Shown here piece after piece: positions 1 to 10,461 of a stretch of DNA of 64,000 bases (the stretch's first letter is position 1; the number at the start of each line of letters is the position of its first letter). The stretch comes from a virus. The stretch covers positions 11,124-75,123 of the IMG/VR virus record IMGVR_UViG_2858362155_000007. One strand, 5' to 3'. Position numbers and translations under genes: made by a program. The notes under the pieces are model-generated. The model had not been told where the DNA came from. It made no database searches and saw only the letters and a program-made list of their open reading frames with translations.

Positions 1-2855
1 ATCAATCCAGTCAATGCGTTGGTAATTTGAGCTTGAATAGCGATACGAATAAGATCAGAAATGATTGAACTGGCTAATGAGGAAGAAAATTCTTTCATGC
101 CTTCTGAAAAAGATTTTGTTCCCATTAGCATACCAGTCATTGCATTGGCGGTTCGTTGTTCAACTGTATCAACTAAATTCATCTGCATGCGTTGCCACAT
201 GCCTTGAGATGCGTAAAACTCTTTACTTGATTGATACTGTGCTTCTTTTGACTTATTTGTAGCAGCTATCATTAGTTGTTCGTATCGCTCCTTACTCACC
301 AAGCCATCTTCATAGTAGGCTTGATACAGTGCCTTTTGTTCTTCAAGCTGATTCTGAAGCTGAATAACGGGGTCAATTTCGCCAAGGATGCTGATATTCG
401 GGAGAGAAATACCTTTTGCTTGCTCTGACAGGCGGTACTTAGACATATCTTTGTCCATCTGCATCCGCGCGTATTGGTATTCTTTTTCTGTTAACAATCT
501 CTGTTCAAACAGAGACTTCAACTCTTTTGTCATTTCTTGTTCATTACGCAATGAGGTACGCATCGGTGAATATTTTTCTGCTAACTCTGCACGCTGTTTC
601 ATGTGGTTTTCAGCGTTGAGTGTTTTTAATCGCTCATATTCCTCTTGCTTCATACCACCAGCTTTTAAGCTTTCCTGAAGCTTACGCATCGTCTCAGATT
701 CACTTAATGAGATGCGCTCTAAGCTGGTTGCGCGCTCTTGCTCTATTTGCATACGTAATTGATGGTATTGACTAACTTTTTGTTTAGAGCCTGAAACTAG
801 ATCATTCCCCCCATCATTTCCACCACCTCCGCTGTCACCTGCTGGTTTGTCCTCTTTCAGTTCAGGAGGCTTTTCTCCATTAAGTAATCTTTTTTGAGCT
901 TCTATTGCAGCTTCAAGTGTTTGTGATTCAATTTCCTTATTTTTTATAATATCTTCTAGTTCACTTTTTAATTTATTTTGTGTAGCTTTTGCTTCATCAG
1001 CCGATTCATACCATGTATGAGCCCACCCAAAAAAACCTTTCCCCCTTTTTTCCAATAGTTGTATTTTGGTATCGCTATAACTCTCCAATTGATTTTTAAC
1101 TATTTTTTCTTGCTCTTCTATATTCTTTAGGCTATCCCTCACATCATCTATCTTTACGGCCAGTTTGGCTTGAGATAGCCTCATTAACTCATCTGTTGTT
1201 TCGGCGACAGCTCTTTTTAAATTAAGAGCGCTATCTCTGGCCTCTAAAGCCTTATTGTGAAAATAATAGATTGCAGAACCAGCAAGCATAGCTGCACCCA
1301 CTGGCCCCCCTAAAGCAGAATAAACGCCCTTCAATGCCATGCTCGATGCTCGCAACGCCCTTTGGCTATATGAAAGCTGGTTATTTGCTGCGATAAGTCT
1401 CTGTTTTCCTATTGCCTCTTGGCGTTCTGCTTCTCTAATTTGCCTATTTAAGGCTAAGTATTCTTTTTGATAATTCGCATTAATGCCGTACTGTCTCATC
1501 AATACAGATTGAGTGCCTAATCTCCTTGACTCCTGTTGAGCTTGTTCTCTTGATGCTTTTGCTAAATCAATGGTTTCTTGAGCATTCTCCCTCATTTGTT
1601 TCGCATTATTTCTCACTGCAGCTTCGTTTTTCACCCATTCTTTGGTTTGCTCTTGAAGCCCTCGGGTCATTCTGGCACCAATAACAGGTAAGACAGCATA
1701 TGTGCCTACGTTAACCAATGTGGATAAATTATTTGATAACGTATTTATGGCATCTGATGCGGATTGAATGCCTGTTCTTAACGGACCATTTGCCGATTGA
1801 CCCGCTTTAATGGCGAGCCCTTCAAACGCACTCGCTAAATTTTGTAAATCACCATTAAGATTATTGGTACGCTCTTTGGCTTGCTCATAGGCAGTTTCGG
1901 TACCCGTAAGTGCCTTAGTCAGCTCTCGAACCTTATCCGTATTTTTACTCAGTATCATGGCAGCATTAACATTTTCTCGACCGAATATTTTTGTTAACGC
2001 AGTTGTGCTGTAGTTTTTTTGTGCTAAGTTTTCCAATGCAGTTGTCATTCCAACCACTGATGGTTTGAGCTTTTTGTCAGTACTCGATTCTAAAATTAAA
2101 ATCATGTTACGCAATGCCGTTCCTGCATCAGCGCCCTTAACTTCACGCTCTGCCAACGTTTGGATAACTGCATTCATTTCTTCAAAAGGGACTTTAGCTT
2201 GAGCGGCCGCAACACCTCCTTTTTTAATCGCCTCTGCAGTCTCATTAACTTCTGAAGCGCCATATCGAGAGCCTGCTGCAAGCACATTAATATAACGATC
2301 GGCATCCGATACTGATGCACCGAACTGATTAAGCGATAAGGCCAGTGTTCTAGTTGCATCTGGTAAGGTAGTACCTGAAGCTTGAGCAAGAATTAAGGAG
2401 CTTTTTGTTACATTAATCAGTCCTTCACTTGTTTTCATCAGCTCAGGCTTGGACGCTGCCATTAATTTAATAGCTTCTGCCGCCTGCATAGCACTGTATT
2501 GTGTTGTTCGCCCCATCTCTTGAGCTGCTTCATCAAATACTTTTAGCTGTTCACCCGCAGCACCAGTAATTGCCGCTAAATCAGAAAGCGCTTGTCCATA
2601 TTGACGAGAAATACCTAAAATACTCCCGATAGAAAGACTCACCCCGCCTACCATCGCTAACGATCCCGCAACCTGCTTAACTGATGTACCAATAGAATGA
2701 AAGCTATCTGAAACATCTTTAGCATTTTGTTTTGCTTTTCTTGAGAAGCGCTCTGTTTCACGCCCTGCGTGATTCATCGCATCAGTGATATTACTGCGGA
2801 AACTAGCGTCATTCAGCAATAATCCAACACGTAAATCGGCTAAATTGGTGGCCAT
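1..2855 (-). CDS. Tail tape measure protein (TP901-type core), runs off left edge
   Basis: Read manually: MATNLADLRVGLLLNDASF...TQYSAMQAAEAIKLMA...GADAGTALRNM; absent from track, consistent with no stop inside window; follows tail chaperones. Confidence 0.92.
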   Translation of the reverse strand, partial: MATNLADLRVGLLLNDASFRSNITDAMNHAGRETERFSRKAKQNAKDVSDSFHSIGTSVKQVAGSLAMVGGVSLSIGSILGISRQYGQALSDLAAITGAAGEQLKVFDEAAQEMGRTTQYSAMQAAEAIKLMAASKPELMKTSEGLINVTKSSLILAQASGTTLPDATRTLALSLNQFGASVSDADRYINVLAAGSRYGASEVNETAEAIKKGGVAAAQAKVPFEEMNAVIQTLAEREVKGADAGTALRNMILILESSTDKKLKPSVVGMTTALENLAQKNYSTTALTKIFGRENVNAAMILSKNTDKVRELTKALTGTETAYEQAKERTNNLNGDLQNLASAFEGLAIKAGQSANGPLRTGIQSASDAINTLSNNLSTLVNVGTYAVLPVIGARMTRGLQEQTKEWVKNEAAVRNNAKQMRENAQETIDLAKASREQAQQESRRLGTQSVLMRQYGINANYQKEYLALNRQIREAERQEAIGKQRLIAANNQLSYSQRALRASSMALKGVYSALGGPVGAAMLAGSAIYYFHNKALEARDSALNLKRAVAETTDELMRLSQAKLAVKIDDVRDSLKNIEEQEKIVKNQLESYSDTKIQLLEKRGKGFFGWAHTWYESADEAKATQNKLKSELEDIIKNKEIESQTLEAAIEAQKRLLNGEKPPELKEDKPAGDSGGGGNDGGNDLVSGSKQKVSQYHQLRMQIEQERATSLERISLSESETMRKLQESLKAGGMKQEEYERLKTLNAENHMKQRAELAEKYSPMRTSLRNEQEMTKELKSLFEQRLLTEKEYQYARMQMDKDMSKYRLSEQAKGISLPNISILGEIDPVIQLQNQLEEQKALYQAYYEDGLVSKERYEQLMIAATNKSKEAQYQSSKEFYASQGMWQRMQMNLVDTVEQRTANAMTGMLMGTKSFSEGMKEFSSSLASSIISDLIRIAIQAQITNALTGL

Positions 2856-2857
2856 AG

Positions 2858-3462
2858 TTATCTTCCTATCATTTTCATTACGTCAGCACATTGCTGCTCA
2901 ACTGATTTAGTGGTGCTTACGATTTTGGGGGAGTTTTCCGAAGCGGGGGTGCTCTCTGATGGCGGTATCACACTTGATTTTTCATGTTTGAGTGTGAAGT
3001 AAGCCTGCCAGCCCAATAAGGTATTGGCAGGCAAGTTAAGAACACGAAAGGGATCGATTTCCCCTAACTCTTCGCAAAGCTGATAAGCAAAATAGAGTAG
3101 AGGACTATCGGTTAGTTTTTTTTTGCCTCCTCTAGAGTGCCAATAGAGTGTTTTTTCACAATATCAATTGCTTCTATCAATATTGCGTTATCATGAACGT
3201 TAACCAGTTCTTCTGGTTTAGGTAATAATGATTTGTTTATCGGCTTGCCGTCATCATCAACGAGGCAATTGAGCAACATACTGACATTTTTTAGTGACGA
3301 TTCGCGAAATTTCCCCTGACGATTTAAATCAGAGACATCCGTTTCAAGTTGCATCAGCTCATTGGCTGTCATACGACGAATATTCACTTTCACACCGCAT
3401 AAGATTTCCACTTCAATAATCTGTGGCTTAGCGGTGAGTAAAGAGGCTTTTAATCCTTTCAT
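2858..3462 (-). CDS. Tail assembly chaperone -1 frameshift product (gpGT-like)
   Basis: A9-C slippery run at 3115-3124 just before gpG stop; -1 frame open (LTDSPLLYFAYQLCEELGEIDPF...) to TAA 2858. Confidence 0.8.
3112..3462 (-). CDS. Tail assembly chaperone (gpG-like)
   Basis: Between tail tube and TMP; ends EEAKKN at slippery site. Confidence 0.85.
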   Translation of the reverse strand: MKGLKASLLTAKPQIIEVEILCGVKVNIRRMTANELMQLETDVSDLNRQGKFRESSLKNVSMLLNCLVDDDGKPINKSLLPKPEELVNVHDNAILIEAIDIVKKHSIGTLEEAKKN

Positions 3463-3938
3463 TAATCATTTCCTTCTGTCGGTGGTGTCACTGTAGAGGT
3501 TCCCCAAACTAGGTTATTTTGTTTACCTTTTACGGTGATTTGAATAGCCTCGTTAGCAGGAGCTGAGACGTCATTTAATTCCCAGCCTGACAATGAAAGG
3601 ATCATGGTTGCCGTACGTTTATTAGGAAGCTCACAATAGAACTGTACCGTTTCACGCTTTTCTGCTGCATTCAGGAATGCAACAAAATTTTCATTTTCTG
3701 GATCATCAATAAAGCCTAACGACTTTTCAGGCCCTTCTGGTAAGTCAGAAATAAATTGCTTGTTTTTATCAATTAAAACGGTGACATCAACAAAGCTACC
3801 TGATTGACCGGTGGCACCTAGTGACTTACAGTTAATGAGTGGCTTCATTTGCTCGGCGGTGTCACCCACTTTACCAAATTTAACAATAGTGCCTGCCGGT
3901 AGCATGGCGTATTCTGGCGATGTTTTTTGAACTGCCAT
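3462..3938 (-). CDS. Major tail tube protein
   Basis: 158 aa, synteny, tail-tube-like sequence. Confidence 0.85.
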   Translation of the reverse strand: MAVQKTSPEYAMLPAGTIVKFGKVGDTAEQMKPLINCKSLGATGQSGSFVDVTVLIDKNKQFISDLPEGPEKSLGFIDDPENENFVAFLNAAEKRETVQFYCELPNKRTATMILSLSGWELNDVSAPANEAIQITVKGKQNNLVWGTSTVTPPTEGND

Positions 3939-3960
3939 AATTTAAGCTCCTAGAATAGGT

Positions 3961-4365
3961 TTATTTAAATTGTCTGAGTGCGTCTCTGATTTCAGAAACG
4001 AGAATTTTGAGTACCGCTTGTTTGTTGTAATCCAAAGCTGGGCGAATAAATGGATGGGCGATTTGCTTAATGGTGCCAAATTCCTGCGCTCTCGCTTTCA
4101 TATAGTGTTTTTTGGTGGGTCCTACGGTAATTAAAACCGCTCCTTTTGTTTTTTTACTGCGTGAAGAGCGTATTTTTATGCTGTCACGCATATGTTCGCT
4201 TGCTACTGTTTCATCAAACCCTGCATGTGTTTTCATATCCTCTAAAACAGGCACCATAGCTGATTTTCCTGATTGACGGAGGATCTTAATTTGGACGTCT
4301 TTCTCTAATCGCTGTAATACCTCTCCTAATTCCCGTAATCCCTCAACTTTCATGGTGATGTTCAT
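3961..4365 (-). CDS. HK97 gp10-family tail completion protein
   Basis: EFGT...HPFIRPA motif. Confidence 0.88.
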   Translation of the reverse strand: MNITMKVEGLRELGEVLQRLEKDVQIKILRQSGKSAMVPVLEDMKTHAGFDETVASEHMRDSIKIRSSRSKKTKGAVLITVGPTKKHYMKARAQEFGTIKQIAHPFIRPALDYNKQAVLKILVSEIRDALRQFK

Positions 4366-4751
4366 GATGCGTCCTCGGGATAGGTGATAATGAAATCACG
4401 ATAAATACGATAAATTTTGCGATTTTCTGTTTGTTCGATCATGTCCTGCTGAAAGTTACCCCGCTGAACGGTTTGTATGGGATAATTTCCAATATAACCA
4501 TGCACAACAGACTCCCATTCGCGACAAAGTTTAGATTCAAGCATCAGCGCTTTGGGATAATCATCAGGTATTTGAATAACGATTTGAAAACGGGCTTGAA
4601 CAAGTGAGGTGTGGGCTAATCCAGCGTCTATCTTGGGGTCGCTAATTCGTTGATAGATAACCCCCTCTAATTTATCGGATGGGAGTTTTAACGGATAAGC
4701 TAACAACCCCGTAATACGTTCCAGATCAGCTTTAATATCAACTTCTATCAT
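4362..4751 (-). CDS. Tail terminator protein
   Basis: Synteny; YQRIS motif; start reassigned to MIEVD. Confidence 0.7.
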   Translation of the reverse strand: MIEVDIKADLERITGLLAYPLKLPSDKLEGVIYQRISDPKIDAGLAHTSLVQARFQIVIQIPDDYPKALMLESKLCREWESVVHGYIGNYPIQTVQRGNFQQDMIEQTENRKIYRIYRDFIITYPEDAS

Positions 4752-5064
4752 GTTGTATATTCGCCTCCGTGGTAATAATGGTTCTATCAGCCTGATTTCG
4801 GTCAACAGCGCGTACAGTAAATAGTCGCCCCTGATAGCCTACCAACCACCCCATATCAACATCAGAACGAGTGCGAATAGTGAAATGATAGGTTTCAATT
4901 ACCTGATCTTGGTCTGCGGTACGGATCTTACGGTTCGACATCGATTCGGCTTTTGCCCATACCTCAGCCACTTTCTTTGAAACGACTTTTTCACTCCCTA
5001 AATCATCACGTTCTGTAACATAGTGAGAAAGGGAGATGCGTTTATTGAGTTCACCTGCCAGCAT
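4738..5064 (-). CDS. Head closure (head-tail adaptor) protein
   Basis: MLAGELNKRI...VWAKAE, SPP1 gp16-like. Confidence 0.85.
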   Translation of the reverse strand: MLAGELNKRISLSHYVTERDDLGSEKVVSKKVAEVWAKAESMSNRKIRTADQDQVIETYHFTIRTRSDVDMGWLVGYQGRLFTVRAVDRNQADRTIITTEANIQHDRS

Positions 5065-5369
5065 TATTTAATCCTCATCGGTGAAATACGATAATCACTC
5101 AATAAATCATAAAATCCTTGTGGTACTTTCTTTAATTCTCTTGTGTCATACCAAAAGCCGACAGCGAGCATTAATGCCAGTTTAATGATAGGAGTAATAA
5201 TCAATCCCTCTTTATCTTCATCAGGAATATCAGTTTCATACAGATTACGATTTAAATAATTACTGGCTTTTTCCTTTGCTGCAGTCAAATACCCAAGTAA
5301 TAGAGGATCTTCATCATCGATATCGATACGACACTGAAGGCGCAACTCTTCAATTGTAGGTAATTGCAT
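5064..5369 (-). CDS. Head-tail connector (HK97 gp6-like)
   Basis: LRLQCRID...A.NYLNR...LMLAVGFWYDTRE. Confidence 0.88.
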   Translation of the reverse strand: MQLPTIEELRLQCRIDIDDEDPLLLGYLTAAKEKASNYLNRNLYETDIPDEDKEGLIITPIIKLALMLAVGFWYDTRELKKVPQGFYDLLSDYRISPMRIK

Positions 5370-5409
5370 GTATCCTCCTTAATCCTGCGACCTATCCCGA
5401 TCGCAGGCA

Positions 5410-5432
5410 CAAAAAAACCGCAATTAAGCGGT
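5410..5432 (-). terminator. Intrinsic terminator after capsid gene
   Basis: ACCGC-ttaatt-GCGGT followed by T7 on minus strand. Confidence 0.7.
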
Positions 5433-5462
5433 ATACATGAAACTGAGATATATAAACTCAGA

Positions 5463-6671
5463 TTATTTAGTGGCTCCAGCTTTCAGTAACTTCACAGCAT
5501 TACTGTCAACCAACATAGAGCCAACACGTTTTGTTGTATAAAAATGCACAAACGGTTTGTTGGTGTATGGGTCACGTAACATACGAACACCAATACGATC
5601 AAGGATAGTGTAACAGCGGTTGAAGTTACCAAAAGCAATCGGCACAGCATCAGCAGAGACATCAGAAAATTGCTCATTTTCTGCAATGCCATACCCTAAT
5701 AATGCAGAAGGTTGCCCTAATTGCAGACCGGGTTGCCACAAATAATTACCTTGAGCATCTTTCAGTGTGCGAACTTGGAATAATGTATTGTTATTCATCA
5801 TAAATTTAGCACCTGTACGATAAACCTTTCGCATGGTGTAAATCAATTTCATGATTTCATCCGCCGTGATTTCTGTCGGTTTTTTCAATAACAAATGCTG
5901 TAACTTACCCCATTCACGCTCTTTGTCGCCTTTATCGTCACTGCCGTATGCCAACAGACCTTTAGGCTTTTTAATACCGTCACCGTGAGTAAATACCGCT
6001 TCTTCCTGCTCAGCAAATTCTGTGGCTAACTCACTGGTGATGAATTGCTCAACATTAAAAAAGGCATCATCAAGCATGGTTTGAGTGGCGGCAGGGTTAC
6101 CGTAGATTTCCCCCCAGAACGGTTCAATAGAAGCGAGTTTTGATGTGTTAGTTTCAGGACGTTTGTCCACTTCACCCACCCATCCACTATTTGTGCCACC
6201 TTGATTAATCAGGCGTTTAAACTTCTCTGTGCCAACCGTAATCACATTACACTCTTGGCGCATAACCACTTCATCACGCAATGCCGTAATGATATTACGA
6301 TCCAGTTCTTCGGGTACCGCATAACCGCCGTCAGGATCTGAACCGACCTGCATTGCTTTACGCTCTAATTCCGCAAGCCCATCATCGGTGCCTTTACGCA
6401 CAAATAATTCAAACGCGGTTTTATGCTCAGAGACATCTTTATTCGTCACGTTACCATCTGGACGTTTTACCGAAGCGAGTTCAGCTTCTAAATTGCTTTT
6501 TAATTCATCCAGCTCTGATAATTTGCCATTTAAGGTATCAACCGTTTCTGATAACTTACTTTTTTCAGCTTCAATCGCATCGATACGTTTATCATTCGAT
6601 TTTTTAAATTCGTCAAACTGACCTTTTAATTCCTGCGCAACTTCACTGACGTCTTTATGATCAATAGCCAT
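5463..6671 (-). CDS. Major capsid protein, HK97 fold
   Basis: N-terminal coiled-coil delta domain, DGGYAVP, LKDAQGNYLWQP motifs. Confidence 0.95.
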   Translation of the reverse strand: MAIDHKDVSEVAQELKGQFDEFKKSNDKRIDAIEAEKSKLSETVDTLNGKLSELDELKSNLEAELASVKRPDGNVTNKDVSEHKTAFELFVRKGTDDGLAELERKAMQVGSDPDGGYAVPEELDRNIITALRDEVVMRQECNVITVGTEKFKRLINQGGTNSGWVGEVDKRPETNTSKLASIEPFWGEIYGNPAATQTMLDDAFFNVEQFITSELATEFAEQEEAVFTHGDGIKKPKGLLAYGSDDKGDKEREWGKLQHLLLKKPTEITADEIMKLIYTMRKVYRTGAKFMMNNNTLFQVRTLKDAQGNYLWQPGLQLGQPSALLGYGIAENEQFSDVSADAVPIAFGNFNRCYTILDRIGVRMLRDPYTNKPFVHFYTTKRVGSMLVDSNAVKLLKAGATK

Positions 6672-6684
6672 AATTTTTCCTTTA

Positions 6685-7335
6685 TTATTTAAAAATAGAT
6701 TTCAATGTTTCTAATGCTTCTTGCTCAACATCACGCAGAGAAAGTGCATCATAGCCTTTGGCCATAAAAGCCTTGGCTTGTGTTCGCGAAAGCCCAACAT
6801 CGCGCAGGACTCGCTCAATACTTTTTTGTGTGGGTAATTCACCACGAGCAAATGCCGACTTCACATCACTGACTCGCGCTTCATCATTGGAAGGAAATGT
6901 CACTAAGCTGACTTCCCATAAGTCGATTTCTTTCAGCAGAAAAGCATCTTTACTGCGGTCATATTCATAATCTTTAAGAATGTAACCAATAGAAAGACCC
7001 GAGAGTGATCCGGCTTTCATATGAGCATGTGCTCGTTTAGATAAAGGGTCGTCATCAATTAATAGGCGCCCTTTCACATAAAGCCCAGTACTGTCCTCTC
7101 TCATCTCGGTATAAATACCAATAGGCTCGGCCATTTGGTGTTGCCAAAGTAAGGCAGGTAATGCACCTTTTTCTTTCCACTGACTCAGGGAATTAAGAAA
7201 AGCCCCCGGCATCACAATATCGGCATAACTGTCTTTTACCCCGAAAACGGAGCCGTAGCCTTCAAACTCGCCAGAATCACTAACAGACTTAATTTTCAAT
7301 GGCACATCAAGCCGTTGTTTGGTCATCATCGGCAT
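6685..7335 (-). CDS. Prohead protease (HK97 family)
   Basis: FEGYGSVF, LLWQH, GLSIGY, EVSLVTFPSN motifs. Confidence 0.95.
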   Translation of the reverse strand: MPMMTKQRLDVPLKIKSVSDSGEFEGYGSVFGVKDSYADIVMPGAFLNSLSQWKEKGALPALLWQHQMAEPIGIYTEMREDSTGLYVKGRLLIDDDPLSKRAHAHMKAGSLSGLSIGYILKDYEYDRSKDAFLLKEIDLWEVSLVTFPSNDEARVSDVKSAFARGELPTQKSIERVLRDVGLSRTQAKAFMAKGYDALSLRDVEQEALETLKSIFK

Positions 7336-8536
7336 GCGTTTTCTCCTCTTGTTTTTGGGTTTCTGGTTTAGTGGTCATGTTCATCGGTGTGAGATAAATA
7401 TCACCCCCCTTACGAGGATTTAACTCTTCGAGTTCACGACATTCATTAGGCGAATAAATCCCCCAGTTTATGCCTGTTGAGTAGGCTTCAAATCGCGATT
7501 TCATATCACCACGTAATAAAGCACCAGTATTAAATTTGGCATAAAAAGTCCCTTGCTTACTGTCTTTTACTAGCCCTGCATTAATGCGTTGCTCTATACG
7601 AATAAGGTAAGGAACGAGTGAGTAATTAATAAAACCAATACCCAAGTTTTCAATGTTATTGAATGTGGCACGATCGGTGTTTTGCACCATATGAAGAGGA
7701 ACGCGAAAAATACGGCAAATTTCCTCTAACTGAAACTTTCGTGTTTCAAGAAATTGCGCATCTTCAGCCGATAAACTGATTTGTTGCCACTTCAACCCCA
7801 TTTCTAAAATCATCGGTTTATGTGCATTGGCTAACCCTTGGTGCCGTTCACCGAAGTCAGATTTCAGTCTTTCGTAAGCATCATCTTTTAGATATTGATC
7901 CGTTTGTAATACACCACTTGTCACAGCACCGTTTCCAAATAAACGCGAACCATGCTCTTCAGTGGCTAATCCTAAACCAATGGCTTGACGTGCATAGGCG
8001 ATCGGACTTAATCCCACTAAACCATCAAGAGTAAAAATCCGTACATGCCAGATTTCTTGCTGTGTCAGTGTTTCACTTTTACCATTTGGAAATGTCACCT
8101 GATACTCAGGCTCCCATTGGCTATTTAATTTCGGCGTGACACAACTAGGATCGAGAGGCAGTAATTCAACCACTTCGCCTAAGGCGTACACCTTATAAGC
8201 ATAAAAATTTCCCCTTAAACACAAACAGGCAATTAATAACTCCCAAAGCTCTTGAGGTGTCATGTAATTATTGGGCTTAACCGCCAGTAATTTGTGTAAC
8301 CGTTCTTTGGTGGCGCGTTTATTTCCTCTTTCTAATTGTTCATATAATGAGCATGGCAACATTCCTACCGATTCTGCAAGAACACGAATACAACTAAATA
8401 CAGAAGTCAGTTGCATAGCGAGTTGTGTACTCACTCTTCGACCAGAATAAGTGTCATAAGACAATCCAATTAACTCACTCAGTTCTGATGAGGTCATCTC
8501 TTTCTGAGATTTCTGAAATAACCCAGGGAAAAACAT
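7307..8536 (-). CDS. Portal protein (HK97 family)
   Basis: GLSPI, DAQFLETRKFQLEEICRIFRVP motifs. Confidence 0.95.
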   Translation of the reverse strand: MFFPGLFQKSQKEMTSSELSELIGLSYDTYSGRRVSTQLAMQLTSVFSCIRVLAESVGMLPCSLYEQLERGNKRATKERLHKLLAVKPNNYMTPQELWELLIACLCLRGNFYAYKVYALGEVVELLPLDPSCVTPKLNSQWEPEYQVTFPNGKSETLTQQEIWHVRIFTLDGLVGLSPIAYARQAIGLGLATEEHGSRLFGNGAVTSGVLQTDQYLKDDAYERLKSDFGERHQGLANAHKPMILEMGLKWQQISLSAEDAQFLETRKFQLEEICRIFRVPLHMVQNTDRATFNNIENLGIGFINYSLVPYLIRIEQRINAGLVKDSKQGTFYAKFNTGALLRGDMKSRFEAYSTGINWGIYSPNECRELEELNPRKGGDIYLTPMNMTTKPETQKQEEKTHADDDQTTA

Positions 8537-8715
8537 TATTCCTCCTTGTTATTTCTAGGTTGTCCAATCGCTCTTGAAACAAGGTATGACCATAAAAGGC
8601 ACAGTAAACCCGCACAAATATACCCTATCGGTGGATAGATTAACCAAGCGCCCCATGACAACAAAAAGGCACCCGCAATCCCAACCAATAAGGCTGTTAT
8701 TGTTAAAAATTTCAT
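8536..8715 (-). CDS. 59-aa two-TM membrane protein (YmfR-like), missing from track
   Basis: MKFLTITALLVGIAGAFLLSWGAWLIYPPIGYICAGLLCLLWS...; TAATG coupling to portal. Confidence 0.8.
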   Translation of the reverse strand: MKFLTITALLVGIAGAFLLSWGAWLIYPPIGYICAGLLCLLWSYLVSRAIGQPRNNKEE

Positions 8716-8724
8716 TAAATTTCC

Positions 8725-10458
8725 TTAGAGAGAGCGTAAGCCTCGAGAAGCGAGGACATCAGAGAGGTTTTGTTCCTGATCTCCACCATTTACCAATAAT
8801 CGACTCATGCCTGTAAATAGTGCAACAGGGCCGTCAATTTTTGCCTCGGGTGTAGATTTATTAGGGAAAATATTGTCGTTTTTGTCCGGTTTAACCGTAA
8901 CGTTCGACATCATCCAGTTCATAACAGGGTGTTGACTATGATGAAACTTACCTGCATAAACCAGTGCTTCAATCTCTTTCATGGATTCGGAAAAGTTACG
9001 AACCGTTTGAGCAACCTCAACAAGAGGTAGCCCTTCTTCAGCGAGTGACAAACTAAATTGTGTCGCACTCCACGGGTCAAAACCCAGTTCGTTTAAGTTC
9101 TCACCCGTCACCCATTCAATAATTTCTTCTTTAATTTGAGCATGATCGACAACTTCACCATCAGTTAATGTGAGATATCCCATATCAGCCCATTTACGGT
9201 AAAGCTCCGCCATTTGTTTAGAACAACGCTCAAGCCGGTCTTCAGGTAACCAAAACTTAAAATCAGCATGAACATGACCGTTATCGGGCTGTTTCCAGAC
9301 CTTGGCGGCCGCACAAATATCAATTTTATTGGCAAGGTCAACACCGACCCATAACGGATAAGTTTGTAATTCTTGTTTAGGGGCTAATTGAGGCGCATCA
9401 TCCCACTTCATCATATCCATCCATGAAGATTCAGCCGTAACCCAAATATTCATGTGTTTAGTGAAGAAGTTAATCCGTGCCGAAACCTGCTCTTTGGCTT
9501 TCTTGGCTAAACGGCGTAAATCATCCCAACGCTTACAAACCCCCAGCCCCGGATTCGCTTTTTGCCACACGGTTTCATCAAAGGGATCATCGTCTTTATC
9601 TAAGGTATAAATAATGGCGAAAAACGAGTCATCATCCACTTGGCCACGAAGTACTTTAATACCGTAATCCCGTAATTCGTAACAAATCCCCTCTTTATTA
9701 AACCCCGCCGTGGTGATCCCAAAAAGAAGAGACTGCAGACGCGCACCGGTAGCAGTTTCTAATACATCCCACACATCACGAGTTTTGTGTGCATGCAGTT
9801 CATCAACAATGCCACAGTGAATATTTAAACCATCAAGGTTGTTGGCATCACTGGAAAGCGGTTCAAACTTAGAGGCAGTTCTTTCTTGATAAATAGCGAG
9901 TTTATTAAACTCAAATAAACGTCCCAATGTCTCTTTGGACTTTTTAAGCATGTTCTTCGCATCTTCAAATACGATACGAGCCTGATCACGTGTCGTTGCT
10001 GCAGAGTAAACTTCAGCACCGCCTTCACCATCAGCACCGGTCATATACAGCCCAATACCTGATGACAATGTGGATTTTGCATTTTTACGTGCAACTTCGT
10101 TATAAGCTGTGCGAAAACGACGAACAAAGACAATATCACCGTCTTCATCCACAACTTCTTTGCCCGTTTGTTCATCAATTAACGGAATAACAAAGCCAAA
10201 AATATTAATTAAGATAAAAACATGCCAAGGCATTAAATCAATGGGCTTACCGGCTAATGCTCCTTTGACATGAGGAATAAAACTGTAAAAATCGAGTATG
10301 TGCTGTGCGCGATCTTCAATGAAATAGATGCCACGCTCAGGCCCATGCTCTAAATCATTCAAAAACCGTTGGCACGCTAAACGTACCAGTTCGCACGCAA
10401 CAATTTCTCCAGTCACCACCTGTTCGGCGTACTGAATTCCATCTGCTACGATTGCCAT
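8725..10458 (-). CDS. terL: Terminase large subunit
   Basis: VARKNAKST Walker A, IVDELH Walker B, KIDGPVA. Confidence 0.96.
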   Translation of the reverse strand: MAIVADGIQYAEQVVTGEIVACELVRLACQRFLNDLEHGPERGIYFIEDRAQHILDFYSFIPHVKGALAGKPIDLMPWHVFILINIFGFVIPLIDEQTGKEVVDEDGDIVFVRRFRTAYNEVARKNAKSTLSSGIGLYMTGADGEGGAEVYSAATTRDQARIVFEDAKNMLKKSKETLGRLFEFNKLAIYQERTASKFEPLSSDANNLDGLNIHCGIVDELHAHKTRDVWDVLETATGARLQSLLFGITTAGFNKEGICYELRDYGIKVLRGQVDDDSFFAIIYTLDKDDDPFDETVWQKANPGLGVCKRWDDLRRLAKKAKEQVSARINFFTKHMNIWVTAESSWMDMMKWDDAPQLAPKQELQTYPLWVGVDLANKIDICAAAKVWKQPDNGHVHADFKFWLPEDRLERCSKQMAELYRKWADMGYLTLTDGEVVDHAQIKEEIIEWVTGENLNELGFDPWSATQFSLSLAEEGLPLVEVAQTVRNFSESMKEIEALVYAGKFHHSQHPVMNWMMSNVTVKPDKNDNIFPNKSTPEAKIDGPVALFTGMSRLLVNGGDQEQNLSDVLASRGLRSL

Positions 10459-10461
10459 TCA

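Noticed and set aside
65..2389. Short track ORFs (65-262, 388-678, 2174-2389) and similar nested ORFs in structural genes
   Set aside because: Shadows of the tape measure and other long genes, with no RBS or protein-like features
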